From the NCBI GenBank assembly GCA_051294375.1, contig CM119263.1, positions 6,048,932-6,112,931 on the forward strand: a stretch of DNA of 64,000 nt, read 5' to 3'. The notes below the pieces were generated by a model that saw only the letters and a list, made by a program, of their open reading frames with translations, was not told the origin of the DNA and did not search any database. Positions within the stretch are counted from its first letter, which is position 1. Each line of letters starts with the position of its first letter. The position numbers and the translations under genes are program-made. Shown piece after piece: positions 1 through 15,550 of this stretch. The stretch is from Paraspadella gotoi (Eukaryota > Animalia > Chaetognatha).

Positions 1-249
1 CGGGAGGGGGGATGTATGGTGGACTAAAATCACCAACAGTTCATCAGCGGCCATTGGGCCGGAGGCAAGTCATTCGCCTCCAACCCAAAGGTCCAGGTCT
101 AGCCCGGTGGCCGCTAGCAGTTAAGACTTAAGAGGGACGGGGCGCGTAACCCGCCTGTAACATGGTGTTACAGCCTGATCCGAAGCTCAGGGACTGATTT
201 ATATTGAACGGTTCTGTTATTAACACTTATCAATAATTACTGTCTTTTC
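1..249 (+). mobile_element. tRNA-head/twister element, subfamily 1 (noisy copy)
   Basis: Near-identical to 21346-21594. tRNA-like GCGGCCA..TGGCCGC followed by twister core GAGGGACGG..TAACCCGC..CCTGA-TCCGAAGC-TCAGG at 117-197; small indels relative to other copies. Confidence 0.75.
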
Positions 250-2830
250 AAAGGGTTAATTTTTCTTTCACCGATCGGAGTGAGCAGGTTTAGGGTTAAG
301 GGGGGTTTAGGGGTGGTTTAGGGATAGGGTGATTAGGGTTAAAAGGGTTTAAAGTTAAGGTAATAATTTTTTAAATTCTTTTAAAAAATAAATATTTAAA
401 GTGATTTTTTAAAGACGCCAAAACCCGGTCGGCAAAAGTAAAATTTAGTCAAGCAAAAATTAATTTTCCTTATTATCAACCCAAGATAATCAAAAACCTG
501 CTCATACTATTTTGAACCTAGTAAAGAGCTAGTTAGTAAACTTCCAACATCGAAATTACTTTACTAATATCGGGCCTACTTTTCAGTAAATAATATACAG
601 AAAATGCGTTGATAAAGAGAACACTTAGTCAACGAGATAAGAGGGGAATTCTGAGCCCGTCAAAATCACGATTCCTCTGTCGCTTTCATCGTCAATATAT
701 GTATATTCANNNNNNNNNNNNNNNNNNNNNNNNNNNNNNNNNNNNNNNNNNNNNNNNNNNNNNNNNNNNNNNNNNNNNNNNNNNNNNNNNNNNNNNNNNN
801 NNNNNNNNNNNNNNNNNNNNNNNNNNNNNNNNNNNNNNNNNNNNNNNNNNNNNNNNNNNNNNNNNNNNNNNNNNNNNNNNNNNNNNNNNNNNNNNNNNNN
901 NNNNNNNNNNNNNNNNNNNNNNNNNNNNNNNNNNNNNNNNNNNNNNNNNNNNNNNNNTCGTAAGTCTGTACATGGAAAAACTTTTCCATTTATAGGAGAA
1001 ATAGATTTAGGATTTTATAGGACGTTGCCTGGATGTCTGGCTATTGCCCATTTAAGCAATTTTTCAAAAAAATAATCTTAAACCACTTAAAAATTGGGTC
1101 AAAATTTTTTTTAAAAACTTGCATAGCTCTAATATATTTTAAATTTTTTTCTTAAAATTTTGCTAACTTGTACTCAAGAGGGTTTGTAAACTTCTGTAGA
1201 AATCTTGTTACTATCAAAAATTTTTTTCCATATTTATCTGGGCTAATATTTTAGATGGGTCATTTTTTCAATGATGCATAACTTCCTTATTTTTGAATAT
1301 TATGGTTTTAAATTTTAGTAATAGGTGGGCCTTGGGTAGTCCTACAATACATATAAATTTCAATCATTTTGAAAAACTTTTTGACACAGGTCAATTTTTT
1401 TTTTACAAAATTCAATTGTCAATCCTGCTAAAAATATTATTGCAAATAATATTATTCTTTGCCTATAAATAGTTAAACATATTTAAAATAAGCCTAAAGC
1501 AAAAAATTTTTTCAACATTTTTAAAAACTCATTTGCATAGGTTGCATTTTATAATTTTTAAATTTTTTCACATAAAACTAATCATTTTTTAAAATTTTTG
1601 GTACACAGATAATTATAATCAGACCTTTAAAAATATACCTTCAAACCTAATTTTTAATAAATTTCAAATATTTTAATGTATTTTATATATTACTCAAAAT
1701 TATAATTTTAATAAGCATTCTGCTAACTTTTTCAAAGTGGGCATCATTGAAAAGAGGGCAACTCAAGTATTCCAAATATATAATTTTTTTACCAATTTAA
1801 TGTCCCAAAGTTGAGATAATTCTTTCCAAAGTGCTCAAAAATTGAAAAAAACACTACTTTTTATCGTTAATAAAAATGCGACTATGATAGTTTTGTTTCA
1901 ATACTTGGTAACTAGGTCAAGAATTGTTATATTTGGTGGTAATGTCATGTCAAGGGAATAAATAAATATTATAGTAGATTCCTCAATCGATTTTTAATGG
2001 CAGAACATTTTACTCTTTTTTACCAAGTTTTTAGAGTATGCTAAACGTTTCTCTGATTACGCAAAATAGAATTTGAGAAATAAAAAATTAATAGTACCAA
2101 TAGTTGGTGTTATGTCTCAAATAGATGGAAAAAAACCTTGTTTAAAAATTTGATTGGATAGGGTAACTTAGGCGTACCAATGGCATCGTCCATGCCAATC
2201 GTTCTTTCAAATAATTTTTTTATTTAATACATTGAAAGGGGAAAAAAGGAAATTCAAAATGCTGGTGGCATGAAAGTTATAAAATCTGGGCATAGTGACT
2301 TGAAAATCATGACCTTTTATGTCTTGCATAATGAGGGCAGTAAATAAACCCAAAAAATGTAATCATTAAGTCGTCAATCAACCCTTTCAAATAGGTTGTT
2401 CTACGAAATTTTTTAGTAAAGAAAATAAATTTTTGAGTGAAGAGAAAAATTTCGCAGAACTCTATTTGAAAGGGTTGATTGACTGACTTAATGAGGCGGA
2501 ATAATGAAACCAAGATGGGGACAGAGGCGGCGCCGAATAAAGGGTGTACGACGGAGTGATCTCCCGGCGCCGGAAAGCGCCGTCGTTGAGCGAGATGAAT
2601 TCGGCGTCGTCGTGGTCGGAAGAGGCGACACGACCGAGAGACACTCGTCGTCAGAGCAAATTCTAAATTTAGGAAATTAAATAATCAATTAAACAAGTTA
2701 TTTAATTTATTATTAATGGGTGGAACATTAAAAATATTGGGATTCTAGGTTAACTAAAGTTTGATTTAACAATTTTAGATATTAGATTTTAAGACAGTTT
2801 AATTATTTGCAACAACAATTTATTATTAAA

Positions 2831-2872
2831 GACGAACATGTTTCGGCTCGAATTCGAGCCTTCATCAGCCCC
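2831..2872 (-). ncRNA. minimal hammerhead ribozyme, Penelope-like type (stem I imperfect)
   Basis: Minus strand GGGG-CUGAUGA-A-GGCUCG-AAUU-CGAGCC-GAAACAUGUU-CGUC: intact core and stem II, palindromic ACAUGU stem III, one mismatch in stem I. Confidence 0.7.
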
Positions 2873-2876
2873 AAAA

Positions 2877-3580
2877 TGTTTTGTGAATTACTCACAATTT
2901 TTTTCATTTAAAGAAGGGGGGAGAGAGAGAGAGGGCAAAGTTTCCAACACAGAGTTTAGAAAGGACAGTGATCAGTGGTGAGAATAGGTTAAGGGTAAGG
3001 ACAGATTGAATTTAGTTTTGAAAAGAAGTGAAATGGTCAATTGGGAAGAGAGAGAGAGAGACAGGGAGAGAGAAAATAATAATAATAATAATAATAATGT
3101 ACAACAGTTGAAAATATTTTAATATACTGAAATTTTCACATTAACAATTAACTATTTATAAATAATTGAAGAAAAGAAAAGAAAATAGAAAGTGAAAAAT
3201 ACATTTGGTGAGGGATAGCAAAATAATTAGTAAAGTGAAATGTTAAGAATTAAGAAAGAGCTCAAAATTTTTCACTTTCTATTTTCTTTTCTTTTCTTCA
3301 ATTATTTATCAATAGTTAATTGTTAATGTGAAAATTTCAGTATACAAAAATCTTTTCAACTGTTGTACATTATGAAATGTATTATTTTCTCTCTCCATGT
3401 CTTTCTCTCCAATTGACCATTTCACTTCTTTTCAAAACTAAATTCAATCTGTCCTTACCCTTGGCCTATTTTCACCACTGATCAGTGATCACTGTCCTTT
3501 CTAAACTCTGTGTTGGAAACTTTCCCCTCTCTCTCTCTCTCCTTCTTTAAATGAAAAAAATTGTGAGTAATTCAAAAAAC
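2877..3580. repeat. ~320-bp inverted repeat, Penelope-like terminal remnant
   Basis: 2877-3200 is the reverse complement of ~3266-3580. It abuts the hammerhead and resembles 15170-15480. Confidence 0.7.
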
Positions 3581-3824
3581 AAAAACAACTTCCAAATCAA
3601 CCTGTTTTGAAACGGCGACAGTCAAAGAAGGTCAAAAGAACCCCCTCCTAGACCTAGCGGAGAGGAAGAAGCCGTCAGGAGAGAAATGGTGCTGAAGACC
3701 GGGATTGCAGGCGCCATAATGTTTATTTTAATAGTTTATTTACTTGGCGTCTTGTTGATATTTAATTGGGTACTGAGGCGGCCTTAATAGCTTATTAAAA
3801 TAAAGAATATACATTCAAACAGAC

Positions 3825-4003
3825 AGTCAATAACTACTAAATAATAAAAATAATAATCACTATGAAACACAAGGTTACAATTAATCACGAAATCAAATAC
3901 GCACGAAATACGTGAGACGATGGAGACTTATAAACTATGAGTCCAAAGAGTCCTCTTCAAACGCCGAATCCCGAGACGAGCCGAAAGTTATATCTGAGTT
4001 ACA
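3825..4003 (+). repeat. diverged dispersed repeat (second copy ~14353-14585)
   Basis: Shared TTACAATTAATCACGA..AATACGTGAGA..ATGAGTC.AAAGAGTCCT.TTCAAACGCC..GACGAGCCGAAAGT. Confidence 0.65.
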
Positions 4004-4414
4004 GATCTGGACTTTACAAAGGTAGCCTAAGGCGGAGAAGGTGAGGCAGCAAGGAAGGTCAAAACCTCCAATGATCATGTAAAATGTAATCAAAGAACTA
4101 AACTGCCAAAAGGGCAATCTTGGACTTTAATACGCTCAGGAAACTTATGAGAAAATGAAAGAAAAAGAATATAAAAAATAAAATATAAAAAAAAAATTTA
4201 ACTGTAAAAACCATAACCTTAAAAATGCTAAATTTATCGGATAAGCTACGTGATAAAATATTTTTTATAAATTTTTTTTATTTAAAATTTTTAAAAAAAA
4301 TATTTAATTTTTTTATAAATTTATTATTATTAATATATTACTTAATAAAATTATATTCAAATTATTATATATTTAAACTAAAACTTAAATTTAAACTTAC
4401 CCTTGCCTCTAAAT

Positions 4415-4640
4415 TATCCTTAACCCTAATTTACCCCTAACCCTAATTTACCCTTAACCCTAATTTACTCTTAACCCAAACTTAGCCCTAATTTACTCTT
4501 AACCCTTATTTACCATTAACCTTAACTTACTATTAACCTTAATTTATTATTAACCTTAATTCATCATTAACCCTAACTTATCATTAACCCTAACTTATCA
4601 TTAACCTTAACTTATCATTAACCTTAACTTACTCTTAATT
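4415..4640. repeat. 18-bp degenerate minisatellite containing CCCTAA
   Basis: TAACCCTAATTTACCCCT / TAACCCTAACTTATCAT units in tandem. Confidence 0.75.
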
Positions 4641-6257
4641 TATATTTAATCCAAAATTATTATTCTTTTTAACTTATATTTAATCTTAATTTTTTTAAAT
4701 TTATAAAAACCTAATATAATAATCAAATAATAATATAATGCCATTAATAACAATTATTAAAAAATTATATCTGAATTATTTACATTTTTTCTTTCTGAAA
4801 AATTATCCTCTTCCCTTTTGATCTTTTTTCTCATAAGTTAATTCATTAAGAAAAACTTCATTTTCCCATAAACCTCTGGAGTGTATTAATCTCCAGGAAT
4901 GCCAAGAAAAACAAATCTTAAAAGTCAATAATTATGAGTCCATGAATCGCAGATGAACGGAGGCAGACGATTCTGAACGTCATAACCGTAACAGCGTCCT
5001 CATATGGCAGTCCACAAAACAATGAGAAATTTTTTTTACCGTAACAACGAATATCAACAGAATCATTTAAATGAGTCAAAATGAAAAGTTTTGTGCGCAC
5101 AAGTAAAGAAGATTGTTCGGCGGGTCCTAATAATGAAATTAACAGCAATAATAAGATTTAATATAGTTTGAACATTACAATATTATAGTATTCGTATTAT
5201 GAAGCCTGTTAACTTTTGGGAAAATAGTTGATGGTTCTCGAAAACAATATCGACTGTTTTTAACTTAGTCATGACTCCCGGTCAAAACGCCACAGTTTTA
5301 CGAAACATCCAAATTTTTTAAAAATAACAATAAATGTATCTATTTAACATAAAATCTATCTATTCATTATAATTTTCGTTTAAAAAAAATAAAAATCAGG
5401 CGGGAATAATGTTTATAAACACGAGAGTCAATAAAACCTCTGATTCGCGAACTGCGGCGTGGCTCGACGAAGTGCCATGGCTTTCGGTTTGGTTCTTGCG
5501 GTAATGTAAGTTATGCGCATTCAGGGCCGTGTAAAGAATCCCAGAGCAAACAAAAGTCAAGGATTTCCTCTTATTTCATACTAAAAACACATAAATTTTT
5601 TGAGTGCTCCACCCAGAAACATAAGACAACGCAGAAATTGATCTCACAATCAGTTTAAAAGAACTAATTAAGACTGGCGACACGCGGGAATTAAGGCCCG
5701 AAAAACTCGTTTACAGGATTGTTAAATTAAACAAGCAAGCTTGGTAATTTTTTAAAAAAAAAATAGATACCCTGTTTTAGAAAAGTCAAGAATCTATCTG
5801 ACTGTGTGACCATATGTATATAGTTAGTCTAGTCTAGGAGAACGAGTAAGTTCAAGTTACGAAAGCGAAAATCCCGTAAAACCAGTCCACTTTGGGTCCA
5901 TCGTACCATATCAAGATGACCGAATTTTTCGAGTGCTCCACCGACACAAGCTTCCCAAGACGCCCCGCTTTTGAAATATAACCATTTTTATAATATTTAA
6001 TTTGGTCTTCTCGCGGGAATTAAGAGGTGACCAAAAAAAAAGCGTGAAAACTCGGAATCCTGATCCCCCCTCGCCCGAAACGAATGTTTTATCTACTATT
6101 GGGCATCACCGGCAACTCCTCTGACTTTCTTTTAATATTTTCCTTTTTCTCCTTCCTTACTTCCCTCTTTTTTAATATTCCTCCTTCCCTCTCTCTTACT
6201 CCTCCCTATCCCTCATTCTCTTTCTTTCTTCCCCCACTTTTCTCTTAGATGTGCCAT

Positions 6258-9200
6258 TAGGGTGTGTCAAAATCTAAAAGTTGTTCTGATCCTAATTTAC
6301 ATCTAACACGATGGGGCAGGGCTAAAATAAATAGGTTTGCACGAATCGCCATTCAAATTGGTCTAACACCCTTACGTCTACCCTTGCTTAAAGACAGTTT
6401 AGCACACCTTTCACATCATAAGTCACTGTGTCTAAAGTATGAGAGCTTTTGACGTCCACCTCAATTCATTAGTTGAAAAAATGTGCAAAGTTAACTATAT
6501 TAAAATTTCAAGTCTCTACTCCATCTCGCGGCTCCACAACAGCATCCACAGCTGGAGAATGTACAAACCACTGCATTGATGGCATTATCTATGGAGTTGT
6601 GGAGGTAACCTAAATATTTCCCAACAAATTTTATTCACAACTAGGTACTCTTTGTAATTGAGCATCATTTTTTTTAAAAAAATAGTGTAGTCACATCCTG
6701 GAGGATAAATCCTGTACAGATTCTTTTAAAAAAAAATTATGCCCAAAATAGTTATCATTAATTTTTGTTATGGCATCAATCAATAAAGGTAGATGGGCTA
6801 GCAGTGTATGCTAAATTTCATTTTGATTGACCATGTACTTTTCATATAGCCCGTTTTAAAGCATTTTCAAAAAAAAATTTGAAACACTGATGGTCAAAAA
6901 AATATTAAAATTATTTCTTCAAAAATGGCTTCATTAGTGAGAAAAGACTTTAGTTTTATATTTTAACCATAATTTCATGAACTTCAATATCAACATGCTT
7001 GTGAAGGCATTCCTAAATTATTGAAGGATGGGACGAACGGTTGTGGCTGAAGATCAAGTTTAAAAAAGCAGTAAGATTTTATTGTATATCAAAATTTATT
7101 TTTTTTATGATATCGGATTTACAACTTTGACTTTTCATTAGAATGTGCCCACATTTTCGTGGATACTTGGATGTCAGTGTCTGCTTGAAGGATTGATAAT
7201 TCAGAAATATTAGCATTAATACATTCATTTTCCGTTTATACATATCATATACTATATTAATGTGTAAAAAATACTAAAGCTTATTTTTCACAAATAAAAA
7301 AGTTTATTTATCATAATAGCCAAAACGCGCGCAAAATAACAAAAAGCTTGCTACAGTTGTTTGTTAAAACTTCCAAACATACAATTACAAATAAAACTAT
7401 ACAAAGAACATCAATAATAAACATTCAATTTTTTATGTATCGAGTAATAGTACGGTTGACCGGATTTTAAAAATAAAATTATTATTATTTTAAATAAATT
7501 ATTCATCAAACTAACATTTGTCGTGAAAATGTAAAAAACATTAAGTCTGTGCTAATTATCTTGAAACGTGATTTGTCCTTTGCTCCGTCAATCAGCTTTG
7601 AGATCGCCATATCGCTAATCCAAATCAGAGACATCTATTATATAATAACAGATCTCTACTCTATTAAGTGTTATTTAATATTACTTCAGATAACTTTCTT
7701 ACTAAATTAATGTAATTAGTACTTTTTTCGTATTATTTTGCGGACAGTCAAGACGATCATCCCTCTTTCCAAATTGACCAATTATATAAGTTTGTCCTAA
7801 TTCATTAGTATTACTTTATCTGGTGAGTACTTTGTGCGCGTTTTGAACTGTAACGAGTTTGTGAGTTCTAAACGTAAATAAGCATAAAGATCTCATCGAA
7901 TTAATAATGCAATGATTGCGACAAGTTTTGAGCAACACCAAATTCGATATGCCTTGGGCATCGACTAATTTAGGTGATGATTGTAAAATTAATTTTAGCT
8001 CGACGTTCTCATATTATTAATCTCCAAATATTTGTTTATTAAGTTTTTCGTCTAGAGCCACTATAAAAGCGAATGAATGATTGGGCCGACGACGAAATAA
8101 TGCCGATAATAGATTTGTAGCATTGTGATTGTGTATTGGCGTTGCGGTCAAGGGTGCATCTGTCGTGTAAGGGGCATAGCAGGGACGCTCGGCTCCAACG
8201 GCCGATGGCAGAGGATTTTCGACATCCCAGTGCTCAAGTTTCCCGATTATATAGCGGAATAGATCCGATAGCAATACTGGTATATTTTTAACATTTGAAA
8301 CTGAGAAAAGTCAAAGGCAGTTGCCACGTTTTAGCGCGCAATGTCTTATTAAACTGTTTTTTAAGTGGATTTTAACGTTGTGTTTATTTGTGACAAAACA
8401 ATTGAAACTAAGATATTATTACCTCGTCTGTCAGATGTTCTCGAAAGATGATTAACGATTTTAAAACGATCGTTGGATATCTCTGATTTGTCCGTCTGCT
8501 ACTCGAGAAAGCCAAAATAGACAATTTTGATATTAAACCGAGGCAGCTTAAACAGATTGATTAAATAATTAATAGATAAATAAATTGATTGATTGAATAA
8601 TCAATTTATTGATTAATTGACTGATTAATTAGTTATTGATTATTTAATTGATTAACTAATGAATTATTTGATTAATTAATACAACTTGAATTTACATTTA
8701 ATATAAAAAGAAAAAAGAAGCATAATCAATTAGTGAAACAGGTTTTTTTTTCATATAAACTCATTTCCACTCAGACGATTCCATTGAGACTTAACATTTG
8801 AAACTGAAGAAAAGTCAAAAGCAGTTGCCACGTTTAGCCGCCGCAACGTCGTTTATTAAACTGTTTTTAAGTGGATTTTAACGTGTTGTTTATTGTGACA
8901 AACAATTGAAACTGATTTTATTCCTCGTCTCCATATGTCTCGAAAGAATTCAATTTTAAAACATCGTTGGATTCTCGATTGTGGTCTACGAGAAAGCCAA
9001 AATAGACAATTTTGATATTAAACCGAGGCAGCCTTAAACAGATTGATTAAATAATTAATAGATAAATAAATTGATTGATTGAATAATCAATTTATTGATT
9101 AATTGACTGATTAATTAGTTATTGATTATTTAATTGATTAACTAATGAATTATTTGATTAATTAATACAACTTGAATTTACATTTAATATAAAAAAAAAA

Positions 9201-11144
9201 AGAAGCATAATCAATTAGTGAAACAGGTTTTTTTTTTCATATAACTCATTTCCACTCAGACGATTCCATTGAGACTTAACATTTGAAACTGAAGAAAAGT
9301 CAAAGGCAGTTGCCACGTTTAGGCCGCAACGTCGTTTATTAAACTGTTTTTAAGTGGATTTTACGTGTTTGTTATTGTGACAAACAATTGAAACTGATTT
9401 TATTCCTCGTCTCCATATGTCTCGGAAAGAATTCAACATTTAAAACATCGTTGGATCTCGATTGTCGTCTACGAGAGAAAGCCAAAATAGACAATTTTGA
9501 TATTAAACCGAGGCAGCTTTAACAGATTGATTAAATAATTAATAGATAAATAAATTGATTGATTGAATAATCAATTTATGATTAATTGACTGATTAATTA
9601 GTTATTGATTATTAATTGATTAACTAATGAATTATTGATTAATTAATACAACTTGAATTTACATTTAATATATAAAAGAAAAAAGAAGCATAATCAATTA
9701 GTGAAACAGGTTTTTTTTTTCATATAAACTCATTTCCACTCAGACGATTCCATTGAGACTTTATTTCCGGCTCAATCCCACACTTTCCTACCCACATACA
9801 AAATCGCCCCATGCACTCCATGAGTAATCGCCATTCAAATAGTGAAATATATTTTTTTTGTTTTTTTCTATTTTAACTCATTTCCTCGGACGATTCCATC
9901 GAAACTTGATTTCCAGCTCAATCACACAATTCCTACCCAGGTCCCATACACAAAATTTCATTCCAATCCATCCAAATCACGAGTAATTGGAGTGTTTTGC
10001 TAAGGTGGATGGACGGACAGACACAGACGGACGGACAGACATCATTTTTTTACATAATTAATCAAAATTCAATTTCTGTGACATATATAAGTGAATGCCC
10101 GACAAGATTGTAGGGAGCGGACGGACGACTTGACAAAGTGAATTATAGAGCCGGAATCTGCTGTTTTGTTTTTATTTGTTTTTTGAAAATTCATACAGAT
10201 TTACAATCCTTCAAGCAGTCTGAACATCCAAGTATCTACGAAAATGTGGACACACCCTAATGAAAAGTCAAAGTGTAAGTCAATATCAATAAAAAAAAAA
10301 AAAAATATTGATATACAAAAAAATCTTAATGCTTTTTTAAACTTGATCTTTAGCCACAACCGTTCATTCACATCCTTCAAAATTTAGGAATGCTCTTACA
10401 AGCATGTTGATATTGAAGTTCATGAAATTATGGTTAAAATATGAAATTAAAGTCTTTTCTCAACTAATGAAGCCATTTTTGAAGAAATAATTTTAATATT
10501 TTTTTACCATCAGTGTTTCAAATTTTTTTTTTTGAAAATGCTTTAAAACGGGCTATATTGAAAAGTACATGGTCAATCAAAATGAAATTTAGCATACACT
10601 GCTAACCCATCTACCTTTATTATTGATGCCATAACAAAAATTATTGATAACATTTTGTGCATAATTTTTTTTTTAAAAGAATCTTTACAGGATTTATCTT
10701 CCGGATTGACTACACTCTATTTTTTAAAAAAATGATGCTCAATTACAAAGAGTACCTAATTGTGAATAAAATTTGTTGGGAAATATTTAGGTTACCTCCA
10801 CAACTCCATAGATAATGCCATCAATGCAGTGGTTTTGTACATTCTGCAGTGTGTGGATGCTGTTGTGGAGCTGCGAGATGGAGTAGAGACTTGAAATTTT
10901 AATATAGTTAACTTTGCACATTTTTTCAACTAATAATTAAGGTGGACGGCAAAATCTCTCAGACTTTAGACACAGTGACTTATGATGTGAAAGGTGTGCT
11001 AAACTGTCTTTAAGCAAGGGTAGACGTAAGGGTGTTAGACCAATTGAATGGCGATTCGGTGCAAACCTATTTATTTTGACCCTGCCCCATCGTGTTAGAT
11101 TTAAATTAGGATCAAGAACAACTTTTAGATTTTGACACACCCTA
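6258..11144. mobile_element. non-autonomous foldback/MULE-like DNA transposon with ~940-bp TIRs and 9-bp TSD
   Basis: Starts TAGGGTGTGTCAAAATCTAAAAG and ends CTTTTAGATTTTGACACACCCTA; 6258-~7197 is inverted against ~10204-11144; ATGTGCCAT is duplicated at 6249-6257 and 11145-11153; no transposase ORF. Confidence 0.85.
8288..9760 (+). repeat. three tandem ~485-500-bp units inside the foldback element
   Basis: TTAACATTTGAAACTGA(A)GAAAAGTCAAA starts units at 8288, 8791 and 9276. Confidence 0.9.
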
Positions 11145-12655
<1,511 letters not shown>

Positions 12656-14828
12656 GTAAGAATATATGTATATATAATTATATATCTCTTCCAAACTTAT
12701 TTGTTATTTCATATTTTTAAGTTTTTCTTTGTGGCTGCTTTACAACTGATGATGCAAATACATTCCAAAAAATTATTTAAAAAATTGTTTTGAATTAAGC
12801 ACTGTAAATATTGTCATGAAAATTTATCTAATTTTAACAATGATTTATTTTTTAATCATTTAATAAGTTAATAATTTATTCTTTGTTTGAGATTAATTTA
12901 TTTTCCTATTTTAATTTAGGAGATTTGATTTATTTCCTACTTGATCTCATTTCCAACCTCAGGCCCGCCTCCTTCCTTCTGCTCAAGTCGCCCTTCACGA
13001 GATTCCCGCCGCCCGCCTTCGTCGTCTGCCCACCGTCCCTTTCTCCTCTTCCTCTTCCTCCGCTTCGGTTCAGCGCCTCTATGTGGGCGGGGCCTTTGAT
13101 CCCTCCCGCCCTCGTCACTCGTCCTACGTGCATCGCGACGTCGCCCTTGTCGGTCACTTGACGCCCGCGCTGCCCGTCACTCTCTCGTCGGGCAGCGAGT
13201 CATCGTCTACTCTGGTGAGTGGAGTTGTTATATAGTTGTTGTTATATTGATCGCCTGCAATTCATTTGTGATAAATTGTTTTCAGTTAAGAAATTTTTAA
13301 CAGTGCCTTGCACTGTTCTCTATTTCCTGTAGCTTCTATACCTCGTCGTCGTTGTCGTTGGATGCCATATCTTNNNNNNNNNNNNNNNNNNNNNNNNNNN
13401 NNNNNNNNNNNNNNNNNNNNNNNNNNNNNNNNNNNNNNNNNNNNNNNNNNNNNNNNNNNNNNNNNNNNNNNNNAAGTTTCGATGGAATCGTCCGAGTGGA
13501 AATGAGTTTATAGTGTAATCGGCTAATCATTCCTCTCCCAACCGCTCTGTCCTGGGTTTCTGCCTACCGCTGTATCCATTCTGAAAAGCAAGGAAAAATA
13601 TCTCAGACCTTTACTGGGAAGTGGGCGCTCTAAGTCTGGGGATTATCAACACTGCAACAACCGGGTTGCCAGTGATGCCCATCTGGGTTGGGTGTTTCAC
13701 CTGTTGTTGGCGTTAGTAGCTTCCGACCTTCAGCTTTTTAGGCAGATCCGATTACAACAAGAAAGACACGACCAGGGAGTAGAAGTTTCTAGCTAACTTG
13801 AGTAGCATCCTTGACTTTGTTAAATTGTGACGAAAACTCTTATCTTTTATGCTTTTTTACTATAGAATAAAATTTTTTTCAGACAATTACCAAATTTTTA
13901 TTTATACAAAATATTGCTGATTTAGAGGAAAGCGAAAGGTATTAATCTTTTTAACAGTATATTAATCATTGTATCGACTTGATTATAAATTCTAACATTT
14001 GANNNNNNNNNNAAACCCGGATCGGCGATTAATAAGGAAAAGGTAAAATATTGTGACAAAATAATGATCAAAGTATTAAAATTNNNNNNNNNNGTAAAAA
14101 TAATCAAAAAGAAAAGGTGAAAATGGGCACGACTCAGAAGATAGGCCTCGTTTCCCTCGAGCTATCCCGCTTGGAGTCGCTCTTTTACACTGAAATCCAC
14201 AGACCGACGTTTCCACGTGTTGAGAGTTTTTATCTGAAAGTTATTAGTTATTATATACGTCGCTCATAAGCGAAAAAAAAAACCGACCGCAAAATTCCGG
14301 TCAGTGAATGTAAAAATAAGATGAATATAGATATTCAAACAATACAATCAATAAATACTAACTACTAAATAATAAAAGAAATCAGTATGAACCACGAACA
14401 ATTACAATTAATCACGATATCGATAAGGAAGTAATACGTGAGATGATGTAGACATATAAACGAATATGAGTCAAAAGAGTCCTGTTCAAACGCCAAATCC
14501 CAAATGATCGCAACATAGATACGACGAGCCGAAAGTCATTATTTCCCTTGTCCTTGACCAGGAGGCAAAAGTTGTCTGAGTTATAAATAGTAATCTGAAT
14601 AGAAATTTAATAATTATTATATTTATGCAGAGACTTCGCTGTACGTATTTATATCGGTTTTTTTTCTTCCTTACTATTGTTTTAAACTTTCTAAAAAAAA
14701 TTGAAAAATATTACTAATATTCAGACACTAATATTATATATATTCTGAAGTAATCCTTTCTTTTTTCGTTGTTATTATTGATTAGAGAATTGACAAAGTT
14801 TTGTTTGCAACGAATTTTATTTATAGTT

Positions 14829-14873
14829 AAACGGACATGTTTCGACTTGTTTTACAAGCCTTCATCAGCGTTT
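14829..14873 (-). ncRNA. minimal type I hammerhead ribozyme (intact)
   Basis: Minus strand AAACG-CUGAUGA-A-GGCUUG-UAAAA-CAAGUC-GAAACAUGUC-CGUUU: stem I AAACG/CGUUU, stem II, GUC cleavage triplet, palindromic stem III. Confidence 0.85.
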
Positions 14874-15504
14874 TGACAGATTGGTTTAAATTTGTGCCAG
14901 CAGGCGAGAAGAGGGCAGCCGGCAGGCGTATCAGGTCAGAGAGACATAAGAGTGGCATTGGGAATTTTTCCGCCTGGCACAATCCCCGGTGCAGAATTTA
15001 CCGTTCAGTCGCACTCTCCTCTCAGCCACTGTCGCGCCAATGACCGTCACCATCGTCCATGCCTTCATTGCATAAACCAAGGGGGGCCAGCTCATTTTGA
15101 GCTCTTTCTTACTCCTAAATTCATTTTAATCATTTACTTAACACTTAAAAATTCTCATATTTCATTTTCACAAATTTCATTTCATTTTTCACTTTCTATC
15201 CCTTAACTATTTATCCATTAGACAATTGTTAAATTCACTAATTTTAGTTTCAAAGCATTTATCTCTGTTGTACATTGCACAATGTATCATTTATTATTTA
15301 TTTATCCCTGTTCTCTCTCTCTCTCTCTAAGTTTCACTTCTTTCACAACTTATTCAATCTGTCCTCACCTGACCTGTCCTCTCATCTGACCACTATTCTG
15401 TCTCACCACTTTGTTGGAAAACTTTTACCCAATTCTCTCTCTCTCTCTCTCTCCCTCCTCTCTCTCTCTCTCTTTCTTAAGCACAAATTTAAACCAATCT
15501 GTCA

Positions 15505-15550
15505 AAACGCTGATGAAGGCTTGTAAAACAAGTCGAAACATGTTCTGTTT
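15505..15550 (+). ncRNA. minimal hammerhead ribozyme, degenerate at the cleavage site
   Basis: Same core as 14829-14873 but ends GAAACATGTTCTGTTT (one insertion and one substitution). Confidence 0.65.

Noticed and set aside
2490-2666. GC-rich possible orphan exon
   Set aside because: No recognisable motif or partner exons.
4415-4640. Telomere
   Set aside because: Degenerate 18-bp internal units rather than a pure (CCCTAA)n tract; the TTAGGG-like patches at 290-360 and 21636-21710 are also internal.
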